Program-made: the position numbers and the translations under genes
Source: Chrysomallon squamiferum
Lineage: Eukaryota; Animalia; Mollusca
Direction of reading: 5' to 3'
Length of the DNA stretch: 64,000 nt
NCBI GenBank assembly: GCA_012295275.1
Contig: CM022668.1
Coordinates: forward strand, 6,014,001-6,078,000
The notes under the pieces: generated by a model
Databases searched by the model: none
Told to the model about the DNA's origin: nothing
Seen by the model: only the letters and a program-made list of their open reading frames with translations
Shown here: in pieces, positions 47,148 through 60,569 of the stretch
Layout: the number at the start of each line of letters is the position of its first letter
Position numbering within the stretch: position 1 is the stretch's first letter

Positions 47148-47724
47148 TTCAATCTGTTTTATTTTATATAGCTGTTTTATTCATTAATTATTATTAAATT
47201 TACATTTGACATTTTTGGATTATAACTGAGTTTCTATGTTAATATATTTATACATGTGTGCGTGTGTCTGTGTGTGGGGCCGTATATATGTACCTGTGTG
47301 TCTGTCTATGCGTATAAACGTGTGAGTCTGTATGTCAAAGGTTGTATTTGTGTGTATAAGTCGTTTTTGCCAAAAGTGAACTCAATTTCGTACGAAGATT
47401 GCTCTCGCTATTATTTCGTATTAATAAAGATAATTTGCAATTATACTTTTTTCCCGTTCAAAAGGTGACTCACTTGCAGGGCACAATGGTCATTCTTTTA
47501 CAACTAAGGATAAGGATCAGGATACGCATTCTTCAAACTGTGCCGAACTCTTTCATGGAGCGTGGTGGTACACAGACTGTCACAGTTCAAATCTAAACGG
47601 CTTGTACCTGGGAGGCGTTACTAAGGTATACGCCAAAGGAGTTACTTGGAGTTCGTGGACAGGCCAGTACTACTCCTTGAAGAGAACTGAGATGAAAATA
47701 AGACCAGTTATGTCTGGAGAATAA
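44646..47724 (+). CDS. PAN/Apple + EGF-like + FReD lectin, copy H, intact, 355 aa
   Basis: join(44646..44921,45442..45571,45869..46008,46341..46437,46678..46842,47465..47724). Same exon lengths and phases, no stops, GGW motif is GEW, ends KIRPVMSGE*. Confidence 0.92.
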
Positions 47725-48268
47725 AACCGCTTTTGTCTGGTAAATAAACCAGTACAGGATTGAAGATAGAGGCAATTACGTATTGAAGTTAAGATCAGAT
47801 TAGATTTGAAGAAAAATTTCATATTCTTCGTTTAATTCTTCTACAGGCTTGAATATCTCTAGACCGTATGAAGATATTTATTTAATTGCTTTAAAATTCT
47901 GTTTGTAAGTTTCTAATTGTTTATTTATTATTTCTTTTTTTACACGCGTGTTCATTTGTTTCGTTTTTGCTTAGAGGGACTAATTTTAAATAAAAATATA
48001 TAATTTCATATAATTATTGTTGTGAATTTTTGATCAGTTGATGTTTAGTTTAATAACATTAATGCTTTGGGACATAACATTTTGCACAGAAAGACACAGA
48101 CAGACATTGACAGAGACAGAGAAAGAGACATTGACTAAGAGAAAAGTGAAAAAGAATGAGGGGATAAAGATGGAAAGAAATGGAAAGAAAGATCGATCTT
48201 TCTTCATTCGTTCGTTAATGGGTTCCTCCATCATACATACATAGATTTATACATACATATACATATAC

Positions 48269-48329
<61 letters not shown>

Positions 48330-48395
48330 CTATATATAAATGATTTTTTTATTATTCTCTTTGATATAGTTTCTTTTCTTTGGAAAGGTAAGAGT

Positions 48396-48551
<156 letters not shown>

Positions 48552-49764
48552 CCAGTTTCAAACATTTCATCAAGCTTTGTCCTAATGGAACATTTCATAA
48601 ATCTTATGGAATAATTCATGTAGGAACATTTCACCACAGTATCGGACAATAGATGATTATTATTATTATTGTTTTAAATAGAACAGTACTAATAACAACT
48701 GTAATTACTGAAGAAGCAGCAGCAGTAGTATTAGTAGTAATATAACAGCAGCAGTAATATTTCTGGTAGCAGTAACAGTCGTAGTAACAGTGACTGCTAT
48801 TGAAGCGTAGTAAAATAATAGTTATAGCACTAGGAATGTTTATGTCTTATAGTAATACTTCCAGTAGTAAAATAATAGTTATAGCAGTAGGAATGTTTAC
48901 ATCTTATAGTAATACTTCCAGTAGTAAAATAATAGTTATATCACTAGGAGAGACCAGTTCGAAACATTTCATGAAGCTTCGTCCTAATCATCTAATGTAG
49001 CATTCCATGTCAGAACAGTTCAGAAAACTTTGTTCTAATGGAATATTTCATATCAGAACAGTTCAGCAAACTTTGTTCTAATGGAATATTTCATGTCAGA
49101 ACAGTTCAGCAAACTTTGTTCTCATGGATCAGTTCAAACTTCGTGTAACAGAACAATTCATACTTCAGGCTGAAGAGCTTACTAAGGGGAGTCACTTATG
49201 ATTCCACTGATTTTCGTTGATGTACTTTTTTAGTTTCTCCAACCACCACGATTTAGATCGATTTCTCATTTAACTATCTTTTTTATTTCTGCGAGTGAAT
49301 TCTCTCGCTATAGCCTTTGGTACTGGGAATTATCTGTCAGGCAAGTTTATTTACTAACTATGCCTTCGTTATGAAAAATAGTAATTTGTGACTCCATTTA
49401 ATAATACAAAGACTGGTTTAAACATAAAAAATATTCACAATCTATTTCATGTTTTGTCAAAATTATAGTCATTATTATGGTCACTATCATGATACTTGTT
49501 TGCACTGTTTCGATTATCGTCATCGACTTAATTATTATCATTATCAAAGCAGCATCATTATTATCACTGGCATCGAAATCATCAGCACAATTTAACATCA
49601 CAATGATTATAAAGACATTGAATATTTTCAAGTTGTTTTATTTTACAGTTTTTAGTCATTTGTTTAATTTTTTATTCTTATTTATTTTGCTTTTTCTGTA
49701 AATAACTTTTCATCCTCATCCAATCTTAATTTGTAGAAAGAAAAGAGTACGTTTGAAATTTGGT

Positions 49765-49977
49765 GCCGCCATTTTCCTATGCCGTGACGTCATGACATAC
49801 GCAGTGATCGATTTCCTCTAAAGTTTCTTACGTCTGAAAAAAAAAAAAAAAAAAAATGTAACTATTATTATTTGTCTTTGTTATCTATTAGAAGTAGCTC
49901 ATAAATAAGTAAAAACTCAAGTTCAAAACGTACGTAATGACCTCAAGACTCGGATTATGAAAGAATAAAATGGCGGC
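49765..49977. promoter_or_regulatory. Third YY1/CRE cassette, with no lectin gene downstream
   Basis: GCCGCCATTTT + TGACGTCA … TGACCTCA + AAAATGGCGGC. Confidence 0.4.
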
Positions 49978-50236
49978 ATTCAAATGTTTTGTGACAGTAT
50001 AACGTTCCTTTCCTGCTTAGTTGTGAGTGATGAAAGATAAACCGAACTAGTCACATAATAACTTAAAAGTACAGTTTAAGGACTTTTATTACACTAGATT
50101 TTCAGAGATTTTAAACTTGTATCCTTTCCATGAATGAGGTGTAATAAGTTTTTGTTAAAAAAATAATAATAATAAAAAATAAAGATAAAATAAACAAAAG
50201 ACAGTATCGTACAATAGATTATTATTATCATTATTA

Positions 50237-50306
<70 letters not shown>

Positions 50307-50504
50307 TATTATTATTATTATTGTTGTTGTTATTATTATTAATATTATTATTATTATTGTTGTTGTTTTAAATAGAAGAGTACTAATAACAACTGTAATT
50401 ACTAAAGAAGCAGCAGCAGTAGTATTAGTAGTAATGTAACAGCAGCAGTAATATTTCTGGTAGCAGTAACAGTCGTAGTAACAGTGACTGCTATAGTAGA
50501 GCAG

Positions 50505-51170
50505 TAAAATAATAGTTATAGCACTAGGAATGTTTATGTCTTATAGTAATACTTCAAGCAGTAAAATAATAGTTGCAGCAGTAGGAATGTTTATGTCTTA
50601 TAGTAATACTTCCAGTAGTAAAATAATAGTTATAGCAGTAGGAATGTTTATGTCTTATAGTAATACTTCAAGTAGTATAATAATAGTTGTAGCAGTAGGA
50701 ATGTTTATGTCTTATAGTAATACTTCAAGTAGTATAATAATAGTTGTAGCAGTAGGAATGTTTATGTCTTATAGTAATACTTCAAGTAGTAAAACAATAG
50801 TTATAGCAGTAGGAATGTTTATATCTTATAGTAATACTTCCAGTAGTAAAATAATAGTTATAGCAGTAGGAATGTTTATATCTTATAGTAATACTTCCAG
50901 TAGTAAAATAATAGTTATAGCAGTAGGAACGTTTATGTCTTATAGTAATACTTCAAGTAGTATAATAATAGTTGTAGCAGTAGGAATGTTTATGTCTTAT
51001 AGTAATACTTCAAGTAGTATAATAATAGTTGTAGCAGTAGGAATGTTTATGTCTTATAGTAATACTTCAAGTAAGTATAACAATAGTTATAGCAAGGAAT
51101 GTTTATGTCTTATAGTAATCTATACTTAAGTAGTAAAATAATAGTTGAGTAGGAATGTTTATGTCTTATA
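50505..51170 (+). repeat. 57-bp minisatellite array (~12 units)
   Basis: Same unit; smaller arrays at ~27235-27350, ~48808-48948 and ~59410-59468. Confidence 0.92.
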
Positions 51171-53646
51171 TAATAATAATGATAATCATGTGAAATATTA
51201 CTAGAAGAAATGGCATTAGTATCTATAATAACAGTAATCATGACGATGATGATAATAATAATGATGATCATAATGATGACGATAACCATGTTTATAAATA
51301 ATAATAATAATAATAATAACAATAATAATAATAATTATAATAAAAACGACTACATTAAAATAAGTTGTAGTGGTGGTATAGGTGAGGCAGTTTAAACAAT
51401 AACAGTATCTTTAACAAGAACAATTTTGTTTTTTATATTCTTTCTTCGTTTACATTTATGCTGAATTCGCTGGAGCATGTAGAACAGATATATTATTAAA
51501 TGCACTTACAAAACGAATTTCTGCTCATCGAACACAGTATTTGTATTTGAAAAGAGGAAAACGAGAAATCACTTGAATATTTTATTACTGACGTTAGAGA
51601 TGGATCTTTCAAAGCCACTGTTCTGGATCTGTATTGAAGTATTTCCAAGCTTGCCGTATAAAGTTGTCGTAGTAGTAGTAGTAGTAGGAGTAGTGGCGGT
51701 GGTAACAGCTGTAGCAAAGTCTCAGTAATTTCAGATGTATTAGCCGATTAGTATTAGTAGTGTTGCAGAAACGCTGAAATAAGTGTTGCAGAAGTTGTAG
51801 TAGTACTAGTGGCGGCCGTTGTAACTGTAGCACAAGATGCTAGCAGTGTAATATTAGCAGTAACCTTGGACTTCGTCGATGTGGTAGTAGTGGTAATTGT
51901 GTCAATAGTAGCTGTATTAATAGAACTGTGGTAGTGATAGTACTAGTCGTAGTAGTAATAGCAGTAGCTGCGGTAACAGTAATAGTAGTAGCATAGTAGA
52001 AGTAAAATTTTATAGTATATATATATGTGAATATATCTGTGTTTATGTGTACATACGCGCAGGCACATACATGTAAATAGAAAGTAATTCCTCACTCACA
52101 AAGTTTTTTCCGTTATCAAGCACTGAACACTTCGAACATTATTACAAAACCTTAACTATGACACTGCAGAATTTATGATTTCAATACTTTATTTTTCTTT
52201 ACTTCAAGTTTCCGCGTCTCACTGTGAAATTAAAAAAAACATAAAATTAAAATAACACAGATCTTTAGCCTCTTGTTTACAGTAGTTTGTTGTATACAAT
52301 AGTCTGGTGTATACAATAACCTATTGTATAATATTGTCTCTTCTACTGAGTTTCAAATGACTGTGTTGTAGTAGAATAACTATGTTACACAGAGCTTTGT
52401 TTCTGCAACAGAAAATAGATAGTAAAGAAACATTTTAAAATGATAAGGAAATAACATATTATTTTATTCATAAAGTTCTCAGAGAAAAAAATCCTGGGAT
52501 GAAAAAACGTCATAAAATAACACGACTATTAGTAATTAGTTCAGTTAGTTTCGTATATAATAAAATCGATGTGTTGGGGGAAAAAACATTGATGATAATA
52601 ATGGCGATGATGATAATGATGATTTAAATTAAACGAAAGAAATACATAAAAATTAGGAAAGAAAATAAATACATAAAAGGAAGGAATACATGAATGTATG
52701 AATGAAGGAAGAAATAAATAGATAATTAAATAAATAAATTAAAATTGAAAATCTTTAATAATAATCCCATTCATGAAAAATCACTATTTACACGAGACAC
52801 ACAGAACAGACTCGACACTGCGGATCATGCACAGGTTTCGCTTGTTTTCTTAATCAGATGAAAATAAACGTCTCAATAGCGCTCTAGGTTTACAATGACA
52901 TGTTCGAGTGGCAGCCTAACTCGATCACTGTGCTGTGTCATTCTGTAGTTTTATTTGTGGCTCAGGGGTTAGAGGTGTCGCCTTGTAAAAGGGGGGGATA
53001 ACCCACTTCTTGGCCTCGCTTAAATTGTTATATATGTTTCAATGAATACCCTGTTATTGGTTTATCCAGGACGCACTGTTTGGGAAGGTGCCAACAAAAT
53101 ATCTCTTCCTGCTAATAGAAAAGTGTATCCCGTGCAATATCGCGTTTTCTGTATCAATAAAATTATTTTAAAAAGTCTGATACTAAGATATTCAGATTAA
53201 CGTACATTTATTCATATAAATTTTCTTAACTTTGTTCATTAAATAATAAATGATGTTAGTCAGATGACATACATTTTTTGAAAGAAGAATGAAACGAATA
53301 AACAATCTGTCAATGCAATAAACAACATCAACAACAACAACAACAATGATGTTAATAATGTACAGTCAGGAAAAGTAAATAAATGAACGAAAAAACGAAC
53401 AAATGAATGAAATGAATAAATAAAGAGACACATAAATAAATAAATAAACAAGAACATTCTAAGGGAAAAAAAGAAGATAGAAAAATAAGATAAATAAAAA
53501 TTACTACAATTTACTGAATTTTATGAACAAGCGGCCGACTTGCTAAAAATGGCTCCGTAGTTATGGAAACGTCACGTGATGCCAAAGGGGTCAGAACCGG
53601 CAAGATTAACGAATATCGAATGCTAAAGAAGTTTATTAATAACTTT

Positions 53647-53693
<47 letters not shown>

Positions 53694-53749
53694 TATTATT
53701 TGCCTGCTTAAATTGGAACAACAATTCTTAAATGTCTTTTCTGCTGCTT

Positions 53750-53963
53750 GAAACCTGGCACTGGCAGGTTTGTAGTTTAGTTTGAATATTCTCTGAGTTA
53801 TGTACGTCTCATTACACTGGGCACTTAGTCAATATTCAAGAACGCAGTGACACAGACAGACAAAGTTCAGTCACGACTTCACCAACCCCGTCAGAATCCG
53901 CTGACGAGACTCGAACGTACAACAGTCATTCGCCCGCACCCCCAAGGCGGATCATGTTACCAT
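53750..53963 (+). other. Candidate first (5'-UTR) exon of the innexin, ending in AT of a split start codon
   Basis: CpG-rich block conserved in four copies; ends ACCAT|GTGTGT, which would join G at 56052 to give ACC-ATG. The 5' boundary is unknown. Confidence 0.3.
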
Positions 53964-54740
53964 GTGTGTCTGTGTGTGCTGTATGCGTGTGTGTGTGTGT
54001 GTACGTGTGTGTGTACGTGTGTGTGTGTGTGTGTGTGTCTCTGTGTGCGTGTGTGTGTGTGTGAGTGTCTGTATGTTATGTAAGTATAGATGTGCGTATA
54101 TTTGTGTATGGATGTATGTATGCCCGTTTGCATACACGAACACACGCATAATACATATATACAGATACGAAGCGAGCAAAATACAGAAACACACACACAC
54201 GCACACACACCCACACATACACATAGCTAGAAAACAGACAGATAATTAAATAGCTATACGCATTTAGAAATAATAAAATTACAAAAGTGATAAATAAAAT
54301 AAAAATAATAAAACAAATAAACAAAATGTAAAGGTTTAACAAAAGCAAGGACAGAAAGGTGATATGAACTAATATATTCCTAGAAGTTTAGTATTTCTCG
54401 GGAAACTGATGTTATTTTTATCTATAACGTAAGTTACATTGTTAGTATTGGATACCCGGCCATTAATTTAATCACTGAAAAACATACTGCTGTTTGCAAG
54501 TTATCTCGTAACTTCAAAATTGTTTATTTAGTTATTTTTTGTTGTCATTTTTAACTTGTGCACCGTACAGTTTTATAAAAAAAATAATAATAATCGTAAG
54601 GGAGAGAGAGATAAAACAGAAAAGAAAATTTAATAAAAAATACGAACAACTTGAAGAAACGAAAAGGGATTCAAGAATGTAAGTAGAATATATAGTTTAT
54701 TTTATTAGTTCATATTATAATATATTTATATATCCTCTTT

Positions 54741-54775
<35 letters not shown>

Positions 54776-56051
54776 TCTATTTATTTATTTAATTAATTCC
54801 GTACTGACTTATTCATATATCTGAAACTGAAAACTCACCAAGTCTATTAAATAACTCCTCTATCAACAGTGAGAGTTAGTTAATAATAATAATTAAAAAA
54901 TAAATAAATAAATAAATAAATAAATAAATTAATTAATTAATTAATTAATTAATAAAAGTATTTTTAATGACTTGTTTAATTTATAGTTAATAAAACTGGG
55001 ACGCAAAAGACATTATTTTCTTATATTAACCTTTCGACGGAACCCAAATAAACTTTAAGAAAATGCAATAAAACAAAAAATATGTTTAAAAATAAATAAA
55101 TAAAGATTAACAAATAGAAACATGTGTGTGTGTGTGTGTGTGTGCGTTGTTGTTAACATAAAGGATAATGACAGTGAAATACATATATAAATAATAATTT
55201 AAGAAGTAAAACATTTAATTTTGAGAGGTAAGATTTCACAATATCTTTTTATCTAAGTTAACTGCTCGTTTCTGGATCAACTGTCATTTGAGTGGTTTGT
55301 TTCAGAGATGTGATTATTATATAATTGTATCTCACACACTTGTAACAGTAGAGTTCAGACCCACGCCTCACTGACTCCGTTGCTTTGTTAGTTTATTCTA
55401 TAAACCTTTGTATTTCAATCCAGAGACTTTGAACTCTTTGCTTGGTTGATCTAATCTATGTGTGTGTGGGTGTGTAGTGGTTGCATAGCCTTTTGAAGGT
55501 TTAGTAATGATAATAATAAAAATAGCTCTAGTAGTGGTAGTAGTTATAGTAGTTATAATAATAATAGTAATAATAATAAAGTGATAATTGTGATGATTAT
55601 AATGATGATGACAGTTATTATGATGATGATAATGATAAAAATGATACATTTCTAGTAGTAATAATAGTAGCAGTAATCGTGGAAGTAGAAGCAAATAAAG
55701 ATGATGAATAAAAATAAAGAGTGAACTACTTACTGTATTAGACATAAACTGAATTCAAGTGATAGCCTCACAGACACTGCATTGTTTACACTATTGACAT
55801 CTTCATGTTTCTCCATCTGTCTGTCTGTCCAAACATCTGATACCTGTTAGTGTGTCTGTCCAAACATCTTCTACCTGTTAGTGTGTCTGTCTAAACATCT
55901 ACAACGTGTTTGTGTGTATGAAAGGACTTTTTTCTTCAGTTTTGTGTCAGTGGTTTTAGCATGTTTCTGTATGTTTCTCTGCGGCTGAACATGATAATGA
56001 TGAACAAACAGAATGGTATATTTAATTTTTTACTTTTCTTTGTTAATTTAG

Positions 56052-57300
56052 GTCAGATGAAATAATTGGCGCGCTACCAAAGTTCAAACTGCTGCGAACT
56101 GTCCGTGACGACGACAAAGTCGACCGTCTTCATTATGTCGTCGTAGCTGCATTACTGCTGTCGATGGCGGTGTTTGTGGGCACGGCTAAGCTGGTAGGCG
56201 ATCCTATTCACTGCTGGGTTCCAGCCGAATACGCGACAGAACCAGACCAGTTCACTGCTTACGTCAATGCTTTCTGCTGGATATCGTCAATGTATCACGT
56301 GACCATGAACGAACAAATCCCCGTTGAGCAACCAGATCGACAGAAAACGAGAATAATTTTCTATCCCTGGGTAGCTATAATGTTCATGGTTCAGGCATTG
56401 CTGTTTTTTCTGCCGCATCTTTTCTGGAAATCGCTAAATGCTAAATGCGGGGTGAATATCAAACTCATCATTGAGAAGACAATGGACGCTGATTTGGAAC
56501 ACATTGATGTAAAGGAAAGACAAGAGATTCTGAGTCAAACAGCTGTCTACATAGACAGATTCAGAGACATGTTTTCTAAAAAATTCCTGTCTATCGGTAC
56601 CAAGTCTGGGTCCTACCTCGTTCAGCTGTTTCTTTTGACAAAGATTCTCTACCTCGTCAACGTCATCGTTCAGTTTCCTCTGCTCTCAACGTTCTTGGAA
56701 ATTGACTACTACACCTACGGGATTGAGGTCGTTTCATCTCTCTCACAAAACCAATTCTGGATCGATTCCCGTCACTTCCCGAGAATTTCTCTCTGTGACT
56801 TCGAGATCCGACAACTTCAGAACGTCCAGAACTGGACAGTGCAGTGTGTCTTGACCATCAACCTCTTTCTGGAGAAGATGTACATACTCCTTTGGTTCAT
56901 CTTTGCTGTGCTGGCAGTAGCAACTGTCCTTAGCCTCATCTCATGGACAACCGAGTTAATCATCGTCTCTAAACGAGAGAGATTTCTCGAGAAATACCGA
57001 GTCAGTATGAAAAATATGCTAGCAGACGACATGGGTCTTTTTCACACATTCTGCCGAAGTTATTTGCAACAGGACGGTATTTTCTTGTTGAGGATGTTGG
57101 AGAGGAACACCTCGTACCTAATATCACAGGATGTCTTTAATTTGCTGTGGGTGATATTTCTGTGGAGGAGTCGAAGGCTGAAACATTGGAATGCTTGGAA
57201 TGTTAGTGATGTAACAGAGGAGTTCTGGAAAAGATGTGGAAAGATGACTTTGAAGAAGAATCATCTACAAAACAACAAGGAACTTTCTGTAAATCTGTAA
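56052..57300 (+). CDS. inx: Innexin (invertebrate gap-junction/hemichannel protein), main coding exon, ~416 aa
   Basis: Frame open from 56053: SDEIIGALPKFKLLRTVRDDDKVDRLHY (the innexin DDDxxDRL N-terminal motif), VGDPIHCWVP, NAFCW, FYPWV…QALLFFLPHLFW, FPRISLCDFEIRQ…VQCVLTINLFLEKMY…WF. Four hydrophobic segments and two Cys per extracellular loop. Acceptor TTTTCTTTGTTAATTTAG|G at 56051/56052. Confidence 0.95.
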
Positions 57301-57663
57301 AATTATTGATAAATTGCTGTCTTCTGAGGCAATCAAACAAATAATGCAAATATGTTCAACATTAGTCTAACTCAGTGATTCCCAATATGAAACATAACCA
57401 CCGGTTTATGTGAATGTTTTATTTTGTTTTAAGCATGCAGATATATTACAGTATTACATTTCAAGATTAACATTTTTCTTTATTTAAAACAGAGTCTATA
57501 TATAACACCTAATTATCTTTCTGAACTTTTATAACAGTAATAATAATAATATGAATAATAATAAGAATAAGAATAATAATAATAATAATATTAATAATAG
57601 TAATAAAAATGGTGATGATTATGGTAGAAGCAGCGGTAACAGTGATAGTCGTGGTCATAGTAG

Positions 57664-57669
<6 letters not shown>

Positions 57670-57702
<33 letters not shown>

Positions 57703-58850
57703 CGTAACATGATCCACTTTTGGAGTGCGGGCGAATGACTGACGTACGTTCGAGTCTCGTCAGCGGTTTCTGACGGGGTTGATGATGCTGTGACTGAACT
57801 TTGTCTGTGTCAGAGCGATCCTGAATATTGACTAAGTGCCCAGTGTAATCAGAGAATATTCAAAATCCTAAACTGCAAACCTTCCACAAAAAATAGATGC
57901 ACGCAAGAATGACGAAAGTCAAAGAACGGCGAGCTTATTGGGAAGCGATGATAACCTCGGTTATTGAGCAACTTTCTTGAGGTTGTCTCGGTGGCCGAAC
58001 GGTCACATCGTCCACCTTCAAAGTGCGGGCGAATGGATGCCATAGAATATTCAACAACCTAAAATACATGCTAATACATATACATCGTAGTGTATTGACT
58101 GAAAAAAAGATAATAATTTGAGGAACGCAAAGAGGTGGGTTACCCCCCTGTCAGGGAATTCATTAATCAAAATTAATTAAACATATGTGTTATCATTGTA
58201 TAATGTATTTTTATCAAGTCACCTCTATATCATAATTAAATAATTAACGTGAACCTTCACTTGTATTGTGTTTATTTCTCTAGTGGATAGACAGATTTTT
58301 GATTTATGAAGTTTGCTGTCAATTTATATTCTTTGTTAGTCGGCCATTAAAGCACATTGTTACCCTAGACTGAGCCTTAATAAAAAATACAAGCTAGTTA
58401 AAGGTGTTAGTACCGTGACGCAACTCCCACCACCCCCCTTTTACAGGGCGAAACCTCTAACCCTTGAACAACAGATAAAACTACAGGATGACAAAGCTGA
58501 ATGATCCAGTTCGGCTACTGCACGAACATGTAATTATAACCGCAACGCTATTGGGACTGGTCCAAGACAGAATTTCCTTGCTGGTCGCTGGGAAACATTG
58601 TTTCGTTTTGTACCGGCGTTCGTATTACAACAAATGTGAAACCGAGACTGGAGTCGTTTATTTTCATCTGATTAAGGAAACAAAAAGACAAAGAACGGCG
58701 TGTTTCTTGGGAAGCGATGATTACCCTGGGTTATTGAGCAACTTTCTTGAGGTTGTCTTGGTGGATGGACGGTAACATCGTCAGCATTTGGAGTGCAGGC
58801 GAATGGGTGCCATACAATATTCAACATCCTAAAATACATGCTTATACATA
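57670..58850 (-). repeat. Inverted, rearranged copy of the innexin upstream block with an internal ~150-bp duplication
   Basis: 57700-57880 is the reverse complement of ~53765-53965; 58430-58690 matches ~15645-15800; 57920-58072 is repeated at 58692-58843. Confidence 0.8.
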
Positions 58851-58854
58851 TACA

Positions 58855-58930
<76 letters not shown>

Positions 58931-58963
58931 CAGAGAGAGACAGAGAGATAGAGACAGAGAGAG

Positions 58964-59024
<61 letters not shown>

Positions 59025-59057
59025 CAGAGAGATAGAGACAGAGAGAGAGACAGAGAC

Positions 59058-59162
<105 letters not shown>

Positions 59163-59580
59163 AGTTTCAAACAATTCATCAAGCTTTGTTCTAATGGAAC
59201 ATTTCATAAATCTTAGTTCATGTAGGAACATTTCACGACAGTATCGGACAATAAATGATTATTATTGTTGTTGTTTTAAATAGAAGAGTACTAATAACAA
59301 CTGTAATTACTAAAGGAGCAGCAGCAGTAGTATTAGTAGTAATGTAACAGTAACAGTAGTATTTCTGGTAGCAGTAACAGTCGTCGTAACAGTGACTGCT
59401 TTTGTAGAGTAGTAAAATAATAGTTATAGTACTAGGAATGTTTATGTCTTATAGTAATACTTCAAGTAATCATGTGAAATATTACTAGAAGAAATGGCAT
59501 TAGTATCTATAATAACAGTAATCATGACGATGATGATAATAATAATGATGATCATAATGATGACGATAACCATGTTTATA

Positions 59581-59633
<53 letters not shown>

Positions 59634-59952
59634 CGGCTACATTAAAATAAGTTTTAGTGGTGGTGTAGGTGAGGCAGTATAAACAATAACAGTATCTTTA
59701 ACAAGAACAATTTTGTATTTTATATTCTTTCTTCGTTTACATTTATGCTGAATTCGCTGGAGCATGTAGAACAGATATATTATTAAATGCACTTACAAAA
59801 CGAAATTCTGTTCATCCAACACAGTATTTGTATTTGAAAAGAGGAAAACGAGAAATCACTTTAATATTTTATTACTGACGTTAGAGATGGCTCTTTGAAA
59901 GCCACTGTTCTGGATCTGTATTGAAGTATTTCTTCTTCTTCTTCTTCTTCTT

Positions 59953-60047
<95 letters not shown>

Positions 60048-60569
60048 CTATTTCATTGTCGTTTTATTTTGAAACATTTTAAACATAAGTTCGTTATATT
60101 TTGGATAATTTTCGATTCACTTCCATTTCTGTATAGTTATATATAATTAATTTAATTACATTAATTACAGAAAATATAAATTTATCCATTTATTAAATGT
60201 TTATTTTATTCATTTCATGCGATTTATATATATATGGCTGGATGGTGCGACCTACATATTGCAGTTGTTGTTTGTTGTGTTGTTGTTATTCGTGGCAGTG
60301 GTAGTAGTGGTAATAATGTTAGTAAGAACATCACAAATGTACAAAACAATGAAATAGTATTAATAATAGTAGTGGAAATAGTTTTAGTGATAGTTTTAGT
60401 GATAGTAGTAGTAGTGGCAGCAAGTGTAATAGAAGTAGAATAGCTACTGTTTTTGTAGCAGCAACAACAGCAACTCAAGCCTCAGTTGTAGTTGTAGTGG
60501 TCGTAGTGAAAGTAATAAGCTTGTATCAGAAGATCCTCCAAATCCGGAAATACAGACCACCTGCGGTTC

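Noticed and set aside
48950-49140. GAA/TTC-rich 43-bp repeats as heat-shock, STAT or steroid-response elements
   Set aside because: Spacings (GAA-n3-TTC, TTC-n5-GAA, AGAACA-n13-TGTTCT) do not fit canonical HSE, GAS or GRE geometry, and the repeats lie in 3' flanks.
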